Below, piece by piece: positions 8,710 through 17,675 of a stretch of DNA of 33,341 nucleotides. The notes beneath the pieces are model-generated. The model was not told the DNA's origin and searched no databases. It saw only the letters and a program-made list of their open reading frames with translations. The stretch is taken from positions 1 to 33,341 of the forward strand of contig JBDROZ010000095.1 in NCBI GenBank assembly GCA_043809585.1, in the 5' to 3' direction. Position numbers and translations under genes: made by a program. The first letter of the stretch is position 1. Every line of letters starts with the position of its first letter. This DNA is from Candidatus Eiseniibacteriota bacterium (lineage in GTDB: Bacteria; Orphanbacterota; Orphanbacteria; Orphanbacterales; Orphanbacteraceae).

Positions 8710-9444
8710 GTGACGGCGGCAGGCCCGATGGACGGCAGGGTGGTCCTCGTGACGGGGGCCGCGAAACGCATCGGGCGGGCGATCGCCCTCGACCTGGCCG
8801 GGAGGGGGGCCCGCGTGGCGGTCCATTACGGCCGCTCGAAGGTCGAGGCGGAAGAGACCGCCCGTCTCGCGGGGAACGGCGCCCGCCCCTTCGGCGCGGA
8901 CCTCCGTTCGACGAAGGAGATCCGCTGTCTCGCCGAGGAGGTCTACCGGTCGATGGGCCGCATCGACTTCCTCGTGAACAACGCCGCCCTCTTCGGGCGC
9001 ACCCCGTTCCTCGAGACCACGGAAGAGCAGTGGGACCGATTCCACGACGTGAACCTGAAGGCCGCCTTCTTTCTCACCCAGTCGGTCGCCCGTGCGATGA
9101 AAGAGGGGGCGGTCGTGAACATCGCCGACACTTGCGGCGTCAATCTCTGGCTCGGCTACCTCGCCTACGGCGCGTCGAAGGCGGGTCTCGTCGGATTGAC
9201 GCGGGGCCTCGCCCGGGCCCTCGCCCCGAAGATCCGGGTGAACGCCGTTCTCCCCGGACCGATGCTCCCCCCCGAGGGGGAAGGTGAACTCGAAACGCTG
9301 GACGAGGCCGTCTCCAAGACCTTGCTGAAACGCCCCGGCCGCCCAGAGGACATCGCCTCGGCGGTCCGTTTCCTCCTCGAATCCCCCTACATCACCGGCG
9401 CCGTTCTCCCCGTGGACGGCGGCCGCCTGGCGGCGGGGAAGTGA
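8710..9444 (+). CDS. SDR-family short-chain dehydrogenase/reductase (pteridine/FolM-like subgroup possible)
   Basis: VLVTGAAKRIGRAIA Rossmann motif and YLAYGASKAG catalytic YxxxK. GTG start at 8710 (alternative ATG at 8728). TGA stop. Lies 14 nt after the nucleotidase stop. Confidence 0.85.
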   Translation: MTAAGPMDGRVVLVTGAAKRIGRAIALDLAGRGARVAVHYGRSKVEAEETARLAGNGARPFGADLRSTKEIRCLAEEVYRSMGRIDFLVNNAALFGRTPFLETTEEQWDRFHDVNLKAAFFLTQSVARAMKEGAVVNIADTCGVNLWLGYLAYGASKAGLVGLTRGLARALAPKIRVNAVLPGPMLPPEGEGELETLDEAVSKTLLKRPGRPEDIASAVRFLLESPYITGAVLPVDGGRLAAGK

Positions 9445-9560
9445 TAACGACGAGCTCGCTCCGAATTACTTGGCTTCCTCGAACTCCTCTTCTGCATTCT
9501 GGAATGGTCGTGCTCGTGTGGGATACCCGTCTGGAGGGGGGGGGGGCGGGGGGTCCGGCT

Positions 9561-9693
9561 TTGGGAGGGATGGGGGCATAACCGGGGAGTTGTTAGCATC
9601 TTCCGCGACGCCACCTCTTACGAGGCCGGAGAATGGGAGGGTCCTCTCCCGCCGTGCGACGAGCGTTCAAGTCCGCCCCTCTATCCCTCCCTC
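9561..9693 (+). repeat. M1 structured repeat element, copy C (no adjacent M2 units); preceded by a G10-C-G6 homopolymer tract at 9535-9551
   Basis: GGGAGGGAUGGGGGCAUAACCGGGGAG...CCGGAGAAUGGGAGGGUCCUCUCCCGCCGUGCGACGAGCGU...GCCCCUCUAUCCCUCCC. The closing-stem substitution G to A at the 5' side is matched by C to U on the 3' side, relative to copies A, B and D. Confidence 0.7.
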
Positions 9694-9758
9694 AGCCGGC
9701 CCCCCGCCCCGCCGATGCGCGGAGCCGAGCCGGAAGCTCGGGCAGTGTCCGGCCCCGC

Positions 9759-11270
9759 TCACCTTCTCGTCACCCGGTGTACGTGGAATCCGAAATCGAC
9801 GGGCTGGGTTCTATACTTATGTTCAGCGAAATGGGGCCGGTTTTCCCACGGAATGTCCGGGTACGGGACGCGGTAGCGGGTCAATCTCCAGCCGCCCTTC
9901 TCCTCCATGGCCCGTGCATACTCCATTGCCGGGTTGACGATCTCGGACCTGGGCCTCTCGATGATCCAATCGGCCTGCTTGAAGCTGTAGAGATACGAGG
10001 GCAATCCCTCGACCCGCCTCCGCGCTTCCGGATCGGAGGTTGTGATCTGTCCCACCATCCGGAGGTTGGTATAGAACATGATGGGCAGAGGATTGTGAAA
10101 TGTGAAAACGAAATCGTCCGGACCGGCATGTTCCCTCAGGAACTCGACGATCCCCTCGTTCGGTCCGTCGTAGTCGTGAGTGATCTCATAGAGAAAGGGG
10201 AGAAAGGCGCGCCCGTGAAAGAGAAGAAGTGCGCCGAGCACGGCGAACCCGAGGATCCGCTTTCTTCGGAAGCACGCCACGACCATGAGCCCCGAGAGAA
10301 GAGACAAGAGTGGGATGAGGAACACGGTATACCGTGGATTCGGCCAGAGGAGGTAGGAGACGAGCAGTATGGGGGGAACGAAGAGACACGCCGCCAGATT
10401 CAGAATCCTGCGGTTTTGGCCAAGGAGCGGGTATGCGAGGAGGATGGCGAAAGGGAAAATGTGGTTGTTGTAAGCCGCGAGGTACTCCCCGATCGCGGGA
10501 AAGAAGGACGGGCGGTGAAAGTGCTGAATATGCCGATGAACACGCGCCGGATCGGAGTACAGGAACCACGGCGTGCCCAGAGCGGCGATGCCGATCGTGA
10601 TGGCGGCGAAGCGAAAGAACAGTCTGCGTTCGAACCCGAAGAGGAGAAAGTGGATCCAGAAGCCGAGCAACGTGAAGAGACATGCACTGTTCTGCGCGTA
10701 GAAGAGGAAGATCGCGCCAACAAGGAAGAGAAGGTCGTACCGAAACCGTCCGAGTTTGCGGTAGCCTGCCAGCATGAGAAGGAACCCGAACGGCAGCAGC
10801 CCATAGTACCGACACTGTCGCATGTGCAGAAGGTATGGAGTGTTCAGCGCCAGCAGCGCGGCGGACAAAAGCGCGGTTTTTGAATCCGCCGTGTAGAGCC
10901 GGCCGACCCAATAGAGAAGCAAGATGCCGGCGAGCCCGATCATCGCGAATAGGAACCTTCCTCCGAACGTGGTCGGTCCCCAGATCCGGAAGCCGGCGGC
11001 CGCGAAATAGTGCATCGCCCAGGGCGAAAGCGTCCACACGAGATCGTCGTTGAACTGGTCGCAATTGACCGATACCCCGGGCTCGGTAACGAGGTTTCGT
11101 CCGTCCCACGCCCGGGGAAGCCAGTTGAATCCGTCTTCCCCTGAACCGATTGTCCGGGCGACGAGGGCCGTCTCCGCCTCGTCGACCCAAAAGTAGACGT
11201 TTCCGAGGTTCTTGAAGAGAAGAACCGCTCCGACCACGAGTATCAGCAGAAGAGGACCGATTGTCTTCAT
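9759..11270 (-). CDS. polytopic membrane glycosyltransferase, GT-C fold (ArnT/PMT, GT39/GT83-like)
   Basis: About 12 predicted TM helices after the signal-anchor MKTIGPLLLILVVGAVLLF, then a C-terminal soluble domain. ATG at 11270 has a GGGGAG RBS. The longer ORF to 11324 begins with GTG and no RBS. TGA stop at 9759-9761. Confidence 0.6.
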   Translation of the reverse strand: MKTIGPLLLILVVGAVLLFKNLGNVYFWVDEAETALVARTIGSGEDGFNWLPRAWDGRNLVTEPGVSVNCDQFNDDLVWTLSPWAMHYFAAAGFRIWGPTTFGGRFLFAMIGLAGILLLYWVGRLYTADSKTALLSAALLALNTPYLLHMRQCRYYGLLPFGFLLMLAGYRKLGRFRYDLLFLVGAIFLFYAQNSACLFTLLGFWIHFLLFGFERRLFFRFAAITIGIAALGTPWFLYSDPARVHRHIQHFHRPSFFPAIGEYLAAYNNHIFPFAILLAYPLLGQNRRILNLAACLFVPPILLVSYLLWPNPRYTVFLIPLLSLLSGLMVVACFRRKRILGFAVLGALLLFHGRAFLPFLYEITHDYDGPNEGIVEFLREHAGPDDFVFTFHNPLPIMFYTNLRMVGQITTSDPEARRRVEGLPSYLYSFKQADWIIERPRSEIVNPAMEYARAMEEKGGWRLTRYRVPYPDIPWENRPHFAEHKYRTQPVDFGFHVHRVTRR

Positions 11271-11436
11271 GGCTGCTCCCCGCCGGAGCCTCCGGGACTC
11301 TTCAAGTCGATGATCGGTAGGCACTCCGCAAGGACTTTACCAGAGAACGGCTTGTCTCGGGTGTGTGATCGCGGATCCATGTTGTCATGGGAATCCCGAT
11401 CGGCTCCGCAGCGGGCCCCGACCCCGAATCGCGCAC

Positions 11437-11481
11437 AAATACAAAAAGAAGCCTCGCAGGTTCCGCTATTCCCCGCGAGGC
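11437..11481 (-). terminator. rho-independent terminator downstream of the TPR gene
   Basis: On the minus strand: GCCUCGC-ggggaauagcggaaccu-GCGAGGC followed by UUCUUUUUGUAUUUG. Confidence 0.5.
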
Positions 11482-11617
11482 CTTCACGTCTCCGCTCGCT
11501 ACCCTGGGGTCCTCGCGTCGCCCCGAATCCTTCGGGGCCGTCCCGAAAACCTCGCTGGAATGATACCACATCGAGAGTGATCCGGCAACAGTTTCTTTAC
11601 GAGACAATGACCGAGAA

Positions 11618-13540
11618 TCAGTCCCTCGGCTCGAGGGCCGGGTTCCCCTTCCCGTAGACGAGACTCTGGGCGTGGGTCTTTTCGGGGCGGTGGGGGGGCG
11701 CGTACTTCCAATAGTGGAGAAACTCCCGGTAGGCGAGCCGTGCCCGTTCGTCGTCTCCCCGTTCCTCGAGCGCCCGCCCCAAATAATAGAAGGAGAGAGG
11801 GAGCACCGGCGGTAGGTCGAGCAGCGACTCGCCCCGCTCGACCACCCACTCGAGATCCTGAACCGCCGCGCCCGAGCGCCCCGACTGCACCGACGCCCGG
11901 CCGAGCAGGTGCCGGACCAGACGATCCTCCCCGCGCCCGAGCGCCCGGCGGAGCGGGGGCGTCGCCTCCCATCCCTCGCCCTGCAGGAGGAAGTAGTAGG
12001 CGTCGATCAGCTCCGTCCAGGCGCCGCCCGCGCCGGGGATGGTCTCCAGCTCGAGCCGCTTCGCCGCGACCGCGCCCCGGTCGAGGCGGTACGCCCCGTG
12101 GAGCCCCTCCAGATAGACCGGGAACCCAGGGGGCCCGGGCGCGGCGTCCGGTCTCTTTCCCGCGCGATACCGGAGTTCGGCGAGTTCGGTCCACGCCGAG
12201 TCGACACTCCCCTCCTCGAGAAAGACGTAGACGAGGCGGGCCGTCAGGTCGAGAAGGCTCTCCTCGTCGTTCATGCGATACGCCTCGTCCCTCGCTTCGC
12301 GAAGGGTCACCCTCGCCTCGGCGAACCCCCCTTCGGCGAGAGCAAGACCCGCCCGCGCCGCGAGATGGAGGAACCGAGGCCTCGTTCCTTCTTCGCCGTG
12401 GGGGTCCGGGGAGGGGGGGAGGGCGAGGAGTTTCGCCGTCTCGTCGAGGAGACCTTCCGAGTAGAGAGCGGAAGCGAGGCCGATCCGGGCGAGCGTGTCG
12501 CGGGGGAGGAGATCGAGCGCCCGGCCGTACTCTTCTCGCGCGAGATCGAGAAGACCGTCCCGGAGGGCGGCGCCGCCGAGAAGCCGGTGAGGCAGGGGGT
12601 CGAGGGGGCGCGCACGAACGGCCTTGCCGAACAGATCCCGCGCCCCGCTCCCCCCCTCCCGGGACGATGCCAGGAGGCCCCGGAGGAGGAGCGTCTCGAA
12701 ACGGTCGGGAAAGCGGGAGTGGAGACCGCGAACGATCTCCTCGGCCTCGTCCCATGCCCCCCGGACGATCGCGAGGCGCGCCTCGTGCACCCGACGGTCG
12801 AAGGGCCCCAGCCTCTCGGCTCGGACCTCGCCGATCATCTCCCTTCCCCGCTCCCGTCTCTCCGAGAGGAAGAGCCGGAAGCCGAGCCACGATCGGACGG
12901 CGTCATGGTCGCCGTTCTTCTCGAGGGCCGCCGCGCCGAGCGTGAGGGAACCGAACCGGAGGGCCCGGGCGAAGACTGCTTCCCCTTCCGGGACCACGGG
13001 GAAGTTCTCCCGGGGGGGGGCGGGTTCGCCGCCGAGCCGGATCGCCGTCGAATCGGCCAGGGAACCGATGGCGGAGGAGAGTGATCCGTCGCCGCCCGCC
13101 CCGGCCCCGATCTCCCACGACCGGGCGAAGGGAGAGAGGGCCCCCGTGACGGTGACCGCCCCATCCGTCTGCCCCGTTCGCCACCGGAGGAGGAGAATGC
13201 CGTCCAGGTCGTATTCGTCCGCCTCGCTCCGGATGTACGACCGGGCCGACATGTCGGTGGAGCCCTGGAAATCCGCCATCGCCGCGGCCAGGTTCTCCTC
13301 GAGACCCTCGGGCAGGGAGGGAATGGTGAAGGCGAGCCCCGTCTCGTCGAGGGCCCGGGCGAAGGGGAGAACGAGGCCCTCCGCTTCGCCGCCGCCGGGT
13401 CCCGGAAGAACCGCCAGGACGAGGGGCCGGGCGCCGCCGGCCGGGGCCGCCATGAGCGCCGCTCCCGCCGCGAGGAGAAAGCAGATGCGCCGCGCCGCTT
13501 TCGCGAGAATCGGGTTTTTCATCGAGCGGATCATTTCCAT
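11618..13540 (-). CDS. secreted TPR-repeat protein
   Basis: Signal peptide MEMIRSMKNPILAKAARRICFLLAAGAALMAAPAGG. Multiple TPR-like helical repeats (LGRALEERGDDERARLAYREFL etc.). Only the C-terminal 640 aa of the 1301-aa six-frame ORF are real. The N-terminal part is antisense to the permease gene. Confidence 0.7.
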   Translation of the reverse strand: MEMIRSMKNPILAKAARRICFLLAAGAALMAAPAGGARPLVLAVLPGPGGGEAEGLVLPFARALDETGLAFTIPSLPEGLEENLAAAMADFQGSTDMSARSYIRSEADEYDLDGILLLRWRTGQTDGAVTVTGALSPFARSWEIGAGAGGDGSLSSAIGSLADSTAIRLGGEPAPPRENFPVVPEGEAVFARALRFGSLTLGAAALEKNGDHDAVRSWLGFRLFLSERRERGREMIGEVRAERLGPFDRRVHEARLAIVRGAWDEAEEIVRGLHSRFPDRFETLLLRGLLASSREGGSGARDLFGKAVRARPLDPLPHRLLGGAALRDGLLDLAREEYGRALDLLPRDTLARIGLASALYSEGLLDETAKLLALPPSPDPHGEEGTRPRFLHLAARAGLALAEGGFAEARVTLREARDEAYRMNDEESLLDLTARLVYVFLEEGSVDSAWTELAELRYRAGKRPDAAPGPPGFPVYLEGLHGAYRLDRGAVAAKRLELETIPGAGGAWTELIDAYYFLLQGEGWEATPPLRRALGRGEDRLVRHLLGRASVQSGRSGAAVQDLEWVVERGESLLDLPPVLPLSFYYLGRALEERGDDERARLAYREFLHYWKYAPPHRPEKTHAQSLVYGKGNPALEPRD

Positions 13541-13678
13541 ATGATGAAGATCGTCCTCCTCCGGCGGGAATGCAAGGGGAGTTTGACCGGAACCGACACC
13601 GCTCCACCGACTTACCCTTTGTGCCGATAAGGGGATGGGAGGTGTGCTACCATTGCCCTCCCCGAGAGGCAGGAAGGA

Positions 13679-15829
13679 ATGATGGGCGCCATGGCCGGGT
13701 TCTTTCGGACGTTCTTTCTCGAGACCGTCCGAGTGCTCTACGAGAGCGGGATCTTCGTACTCTTCGGCTTCTTCATCGCCGGACTCCTGCACCATTATCT
13801 CGCGACGGACCGGATCGTCCGCCATCTCGGGAAGCGCGATTTCCGGTCGATCCTGAACGCGGCCGTGCTCGGCGCCCCCCTCCCCCTCTGTTCCTGCGGG
13901 GTCCTTCCCGCGGCGGTCGCCCTCCGGCGGAAGGGGGCGAGCCGGGAGTCGGTCCTTTCCTTCCTCGTCTCCACCCCCGAGACGAGCGTCGAATCGATCG
14001 CCGTCTCTTATGGTCTTCTCGGTCCCGTGTTCGCCGTGGTTCGGCCCCTGGCCGCCCTCTTTTCCGCGGCCGTGGCGGGCGTGGCCCATCTGGTCTTCGG
14101 CGAGGAGCGGGCGGGGGAGGTGGACGAAGGGGAGGCGCCGGCGGCGAAAGCGGACGATGGCGGGTGCGAACCGGCATCGGAGGCGAAACCTCCGGCGACG
14201 GCCGGGAAGGGGCGGTTCCGGGGGTCCGTCGACTACGCCTTCGTCACCCTCTTCGACGAACTGGTCTTCTGGTTCCTCTTCGGCGTGATCCTGACCGGGC
14301 TTCTCGGTGCCGTCCTGCCGGAGGATTTCTTCGCCCGCACTCTGGGGGCGGGGTTCCTTTCGATGCTCTTCGCGATCGCCGTCGGCATCCCCCTCTACAT
14401 GTGCGCGTCCGGATCGACCCCGATCGCCGCCGCGTTTCTGGCGAAGGGACTGAATCCAGGAGCCGTCCTCGTCTTTCTTCTCGCGGGGCCGGCGACGAAC
14501 GCCGCCACCCTCACGGTCCTGGGGCGGACTTTCGGCAAGCGTTTCCTCCAGATCTTTCTCGCGTCCATCGTCGTCTCCGCCCTCGCGGCGGGATACGCGC
14601 TGAACCGGGTGTACACATGGAGCGCCGATCAGGTGCCGGACTACGGCGAAGGGACGGCCGGCTTTCTGATCAGCGTGATCAAGGGGCTCGGCTTCCTCGC
14701 GTTCCTCTTTCTCGCCTGGCGGAGCCTCCGCCGGACCGGTCTCGGCCCGGGGATACGGGAGCTCCGGGGGAACCTGGTCACCGTCTTCACCCCCCTCCTC
14801 CGCCTCCGGCCCCGTCATCTGTTCGGCACGCGGGCCGGCCGGATCGCACTCGTCCTCGCGGTTCTCGCCTGGCTCGCGAGCGGGTTCTATTCGGTGCGTC
14901 CGGGGGAAGTCGGCCTGGAAAGGGACTTCGGGAAGGTGGCGGCGACGAACGTTCCTCCGGGACTTCACTGGTGTTTCCCCCGGCCCGTGGGGCGGGTGGC
15001 GAAGTGCTCCGTGGAGGGGATCGTCCGGGTGGACATCGGATTCCGGTCGGGGACGAAGACCCGGGACCCCCTCGCGTTCTACGGCGCGCCGGAGGAGGAG
15101 GAGACGCCGGTCAGCCGGGTCTTCGACGAGTCGGTCTTCCTCACCGGCGACGAGAATCTGATCGACGTGGTCAGCACGGTTCACTACCGCGTGACCGACG
15201 GGGCGACGTACGTCTTCGGCGTCGAGTCGGGGGAGGGAATCGTGCGGAGCACCGTCCTCTGGGCTCTGGTCCGGGAGCTCGCGAACCGGTCCATCGACCG
15301 GATCTACACCACCGACCGCCTCGACGTGGAAGAGCGGGTCCGGGATCGGGCGAACCGCATTCTGGTCGAAGCCGATTCGGGGCTCCGCATCGAGGGAGTT
15401 CGCCTCGTCGATGTCCACGCCCCCCGCGAGGTCCACTACGATTTTCGCGACGTGGCAAGCGCCCAGGAAGACCGGGCCCGGATGATCCACGAGGCCCGGG
15501 TCTACTGGCAGGGGACGGTTCACGAAGCCCGGGGGCGGGGGGCACGGATCGTCTCCGACGCATCGGGCGCCAAAGCCCTGGCCGTCGCCGGCGCGGCGGG
15601 CTCGGCCCGCCGGTTTCGCCTTCTCGAGGAAGCGGCCCGTGCCGAGCGGGGGGGGACCCGCACCCGCCTCTACCTGGAGTCGATGGAGCGCGTGCTCCCC
15701 CTGTCGGGACGCACCGTGGTCCGGCCCGACCCGGTCGGCGTGAAGGATTTCGAACTCTGGTTCAAACTCGGGGAGGAACCGACGGTGCTCCCCGGATTGC
15801 TCGGTGAAGAGAAAGGGGACCTGCGATGA
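13679..15829 (+). CDS. fusion protein: DUF318/COG0701 (ArsP-like) two-repeat permease + C-terminal HflK-like SPFH/band-7 domain
   Basis: N-terminal half carries the GAPLPLCSCGVLPAAVAL permease motif and two 4-TM repeats joined by an acidic linker. C-terminal half, VRPGEVGLERDFGKV...NVPPGLHWCFP...FLTGDENLIDVVSTVHYRV..., aligns with HflK. GAGGCAGGAAGGA RBS. TGA stop overlaps the next start (ATGA). Confidence 0.8.
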   Translation: MMGAMAGFFRTFFLETVRVLYESGIFVLFGFFIAGLLHHYLATDRIVRHLGKRDFRSILNAAVLGAPLPLCSCGVLPAAVALRRKGASRESVLSFLVSTPETSVESIAVSYGLLGPVFAVVRPLAALFSAAVAGVAHLVFGEERAGEVDEGEAPAAKADDGGCEPASEAKPPATAGKGRFRGSVDYAFVTLFDELVFWFLFGVILTGLLGAVLPEDFFARTLGAGFLSMLFAIAVGIPLYMCASGSTPIAAAFLAKGLNPGAVLVFLLAGPATNAATLTVLGRTFGKRFLQIFLASIVVSALAAGYALNRVYTWSADQVPDYGEGTAGFLISVIKGLGFLAFLFLAWRSLRRTGLGPGIRELRGNLVTVFTPLLRLRPRHLFGTRAGRIALVLAVLAWLASGFYSVRPGEVGLERDFGKVAATNVPPGLHWCFPRPVGRVAKCSVEGIVRVDIGFRSGTKTRDPLAFYGAPEEEETPVSRVFDESVFLTGDENLIDVVSTVHYRVTDGATYVFGVESGEGIVRSTVLWALVRELANRSIDRIYTTDRLDVEERVRDRANRILVEADSGLRIEGVRLVDVHAPREVHYDFRDVASAQEDRARMIHEARVYWQGTVHEARGRGARIVSDASGAKALAVAGAAGSARRFRLLEEAARAERGGTRTRLYLESMERVLPLSGRTVVRPDPVGVKDFELWFKLGEEPTVLPGLLGEEKGDLR

Positions 15830-16728
15830 GCCGAAGGAAGCGGTGGACCCTGATCGTCCTCTCAGCCCTCGCGGCGGTGTACGTCGCCTCCTCGTTCTAC
15901 GTGGTCGACGTGACGGAGTACGTGGTGGTGACCCGGTTCGGTGACCCGGTGGCGGTCCACACGTCGCCCGGGCCCCACTTCGACCTCTGGAAGCCGATCG
16001 AGACGCTCGTCCGCATCGACGCCCGGCTCCTCACTCTCGATCTGGAACCGTCCGAGTTCCTCACGGAGGACAAGAAGAACGTGGTGGCGAGCGGGTACAC
16101 GCTCTGGCGGGTGGACGACCCGCTCCTCTATCTCAGGCGCGTCTACAGCCGGCGGGGGGCGGAGGCGAGGATCGCTGACATTATCTCCTCCGAGATCGGC
16201 TCCGCTCTCGGCCGGGTCCCCTTCTCCGCCCTCGTCTCCACGGACAGCACGGTGATCCGTCTCGACGAGGTGGTCGCGTCGATCAAGGAGCGGAGCGCGG
16301 GGCGGCTGAGCGAGGACTACGGGCTCGAGATCCGCGAGTTCCGGATCAAGCGGCTCGCCTTCCCCGAGCAGAACAAGGAATCGGTCTTCCAGCGGATGAG
16401 GGCCGAACGGCAGCGGATCGCCCGGCAGTACCGTTCCGAGGGGGAAGAGGAGTCGATGAAGATCAAGGCGGACGCGGACAGGCAGAAGACGGAGATCCTC
16501 GCCGATGCGTCCCGCCGGGCCGAGGAGATCCGGGGGGAAGGGGAGGCGGACGCCGCCCGCATCTACGCCGAGGCGATCCGGGCCGATCCGGATTTCTACA
16601 CCTTTCTCCGGACTTTGGACAGCTACGAGAAGATCGTGGACGAGAACACGACCTTGGTCCTGCCGAGCGATTCGGAGCTGATGCGGCTCCTGACGACCGG
16701 CCGGACGGCGTCAGGGGGGGGACGGTAG
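15826..16728 (+). CDS. hflC: HflC-like SPFH/band-7 protein
   Basis: N-terminal TM, then SFYVVDVTEYVVVTRFGDPV...GPHFDLWKPIETLVRIDARLLTLDL and the C-terminal coiled region typical of HflC. The start overlaps the upstream stop. TAG stop abuts the GTG of the next gene. Confidence 0.8.
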   Translation: MSRRKRWTLIVLSALAAVYVASSFYVVDVTEYVVVTRFGDPVAVHTSPGPHFDLWKPIETLVRIDARLLTLDLEPSEFLTEDKKNVVASGYTLWRVDDPLLYLRRVYSRRGAEARIADIISSEIGSALGRVPFSALVSTDSTVIRLDEVVASIKERSAGRLSEDYGLEIREFRIKRLAFPEQNKESVFQRMRAERQRIARQYRSEGEEESMKIKADADRQKTEILADASRRAEEIRGEGEADAARIYAEAIRADPDFYTFLRTLDSYEKIVDENTTLVLPSDSELMRLLTTGRTASGGGR

Positions 16729-17640
16729 GTGCGGTTACCGGTCTCACCGGGCAGGGGTCTGCTGATTCTCGGGGCGGCCGTCTGGCTGCTGGCGGGGGTC
16801 TATACGGTCGAGCAGGACGAGGAGGCGGTGGTCCGCCTCTTCGGTCGTCCGTGGAAGACCCGCGTCCCTTCGGGCATCCACTACGCGCCCCCCTGGCCGA
16901 TCGGGATCCGCACCGTGGTCCGCACGACCACGTCATACCAGATGAGCGTCGGCTTCAAGATCGCCGACTCGGTCCGCGGCCTCCCGCCGGCGCGGACGGA
17001 GGTCGAGTTCCTCACCGGGGACACGAACATCATCGATCTCGAGATGATCCTCTAGTACACGATCGAGAACCCCTTCCGATTCGCATTGATGGTGGAGGAT
17101 CCCCACTTCCTGGTCCGCCGCGCCGCGGAGGCGGCGGCGACGGGCGTCCTCGCGAAGGGCGGCGTCGACCGGGCGCTCACGTCGGGCCGGACGTCCTTCC
17201 TCGACGAGGTCCGGCGGGCGACCCAGGAGATGCTCCGGGAGTCGGACGCGGGGGTGACGGTGGTCTCCGCGACGCTGAAGCGCATCGAGCCGCCCGGCGA
17301 GGTGATCGAGGCTTTTCAGGACGTACAGAACGCCAAGTCGGACCGGGAGCGGGCCATCAACGAAGCGAACGGCTATCGGAACGAGATCCTGCCGAGGGCC
17401 AGGGGCGAAGCGGAGGCGGCCCTCTCCGCGGCCGAGGCGGACCGCCACGCCCGGGTCGAGCGCTCTCGGGGGGACGCGGACCGATTCCTCCGGGTCCTCG
17501 CCGAATACCGGAAGGCCCCTCAGGAGACCCGGGAGCGCCTCTACCTCGAGGTGGCGGAACGGGTGCTGTCGAAGGCGAAGGTCTACGTGATCGACTCGGA
17601 CGGCGGCCGCAATCCCGTGGGCGTCAAGCTGATCGACTGA
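16729..17640 (+). pseudogene. hflK: HflK-like SPFH protein interrupted by an in-frame TAG at 17053-17055 (expected Gln codon)
   Basis: 16729-17052 and 17056-17640 are in the same frame. The translation is co-linear with HflK across the stop (...FLTGDTNIIDLEMIL*YTIENPFRFALMVEDP... versus E. coli ...VDVELNVQYRVTNPEKYLF...). TAG is a normal terminator in this window (12 genes). Confidence 0.7.
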
Positions 17641-17675
17641 AGAACGAATCCTCTTCGTTCCCGAGCCCCCGTCCG

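Noticed and set aside
9535-9551. G10-C-G6 homopolymer tract upstream of M1 copy C (also C9-C10 tracts at 143-153, 6876-6885, 25322-25331, 32833-32842)
   Set aside because: These are probably compositional. They could be slippage-prone or assembly-error-prone, but no associated coding frame that would be phase-varied was found.
11518-11536. Perfect 8-bp hairpin GCCCCGAA-UCC-UUCGGGGC downstream of the TPR gene
   Set aside because: No U-tract on either strand. The stronger terminator candidate is at 11437-11481.
13541-15523. N-terminal 660 aa of the 1301-aa minus-strand ORF 11618-15523
   Set aside because: It is antisense to the well-supported permease-HflK gene. The real TPR protein starts at the signal peptide MEMIRSMKNP (ATG at 13540).
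17642-17662. Hairpin GAACGAA-UCCUC-UUCGUUC between convergent hflK and the carboxypeptidase gene
   Set aside because: Short, no U-tract. It may be a weak bidirectional terminator but is not supportable from sequence alone.
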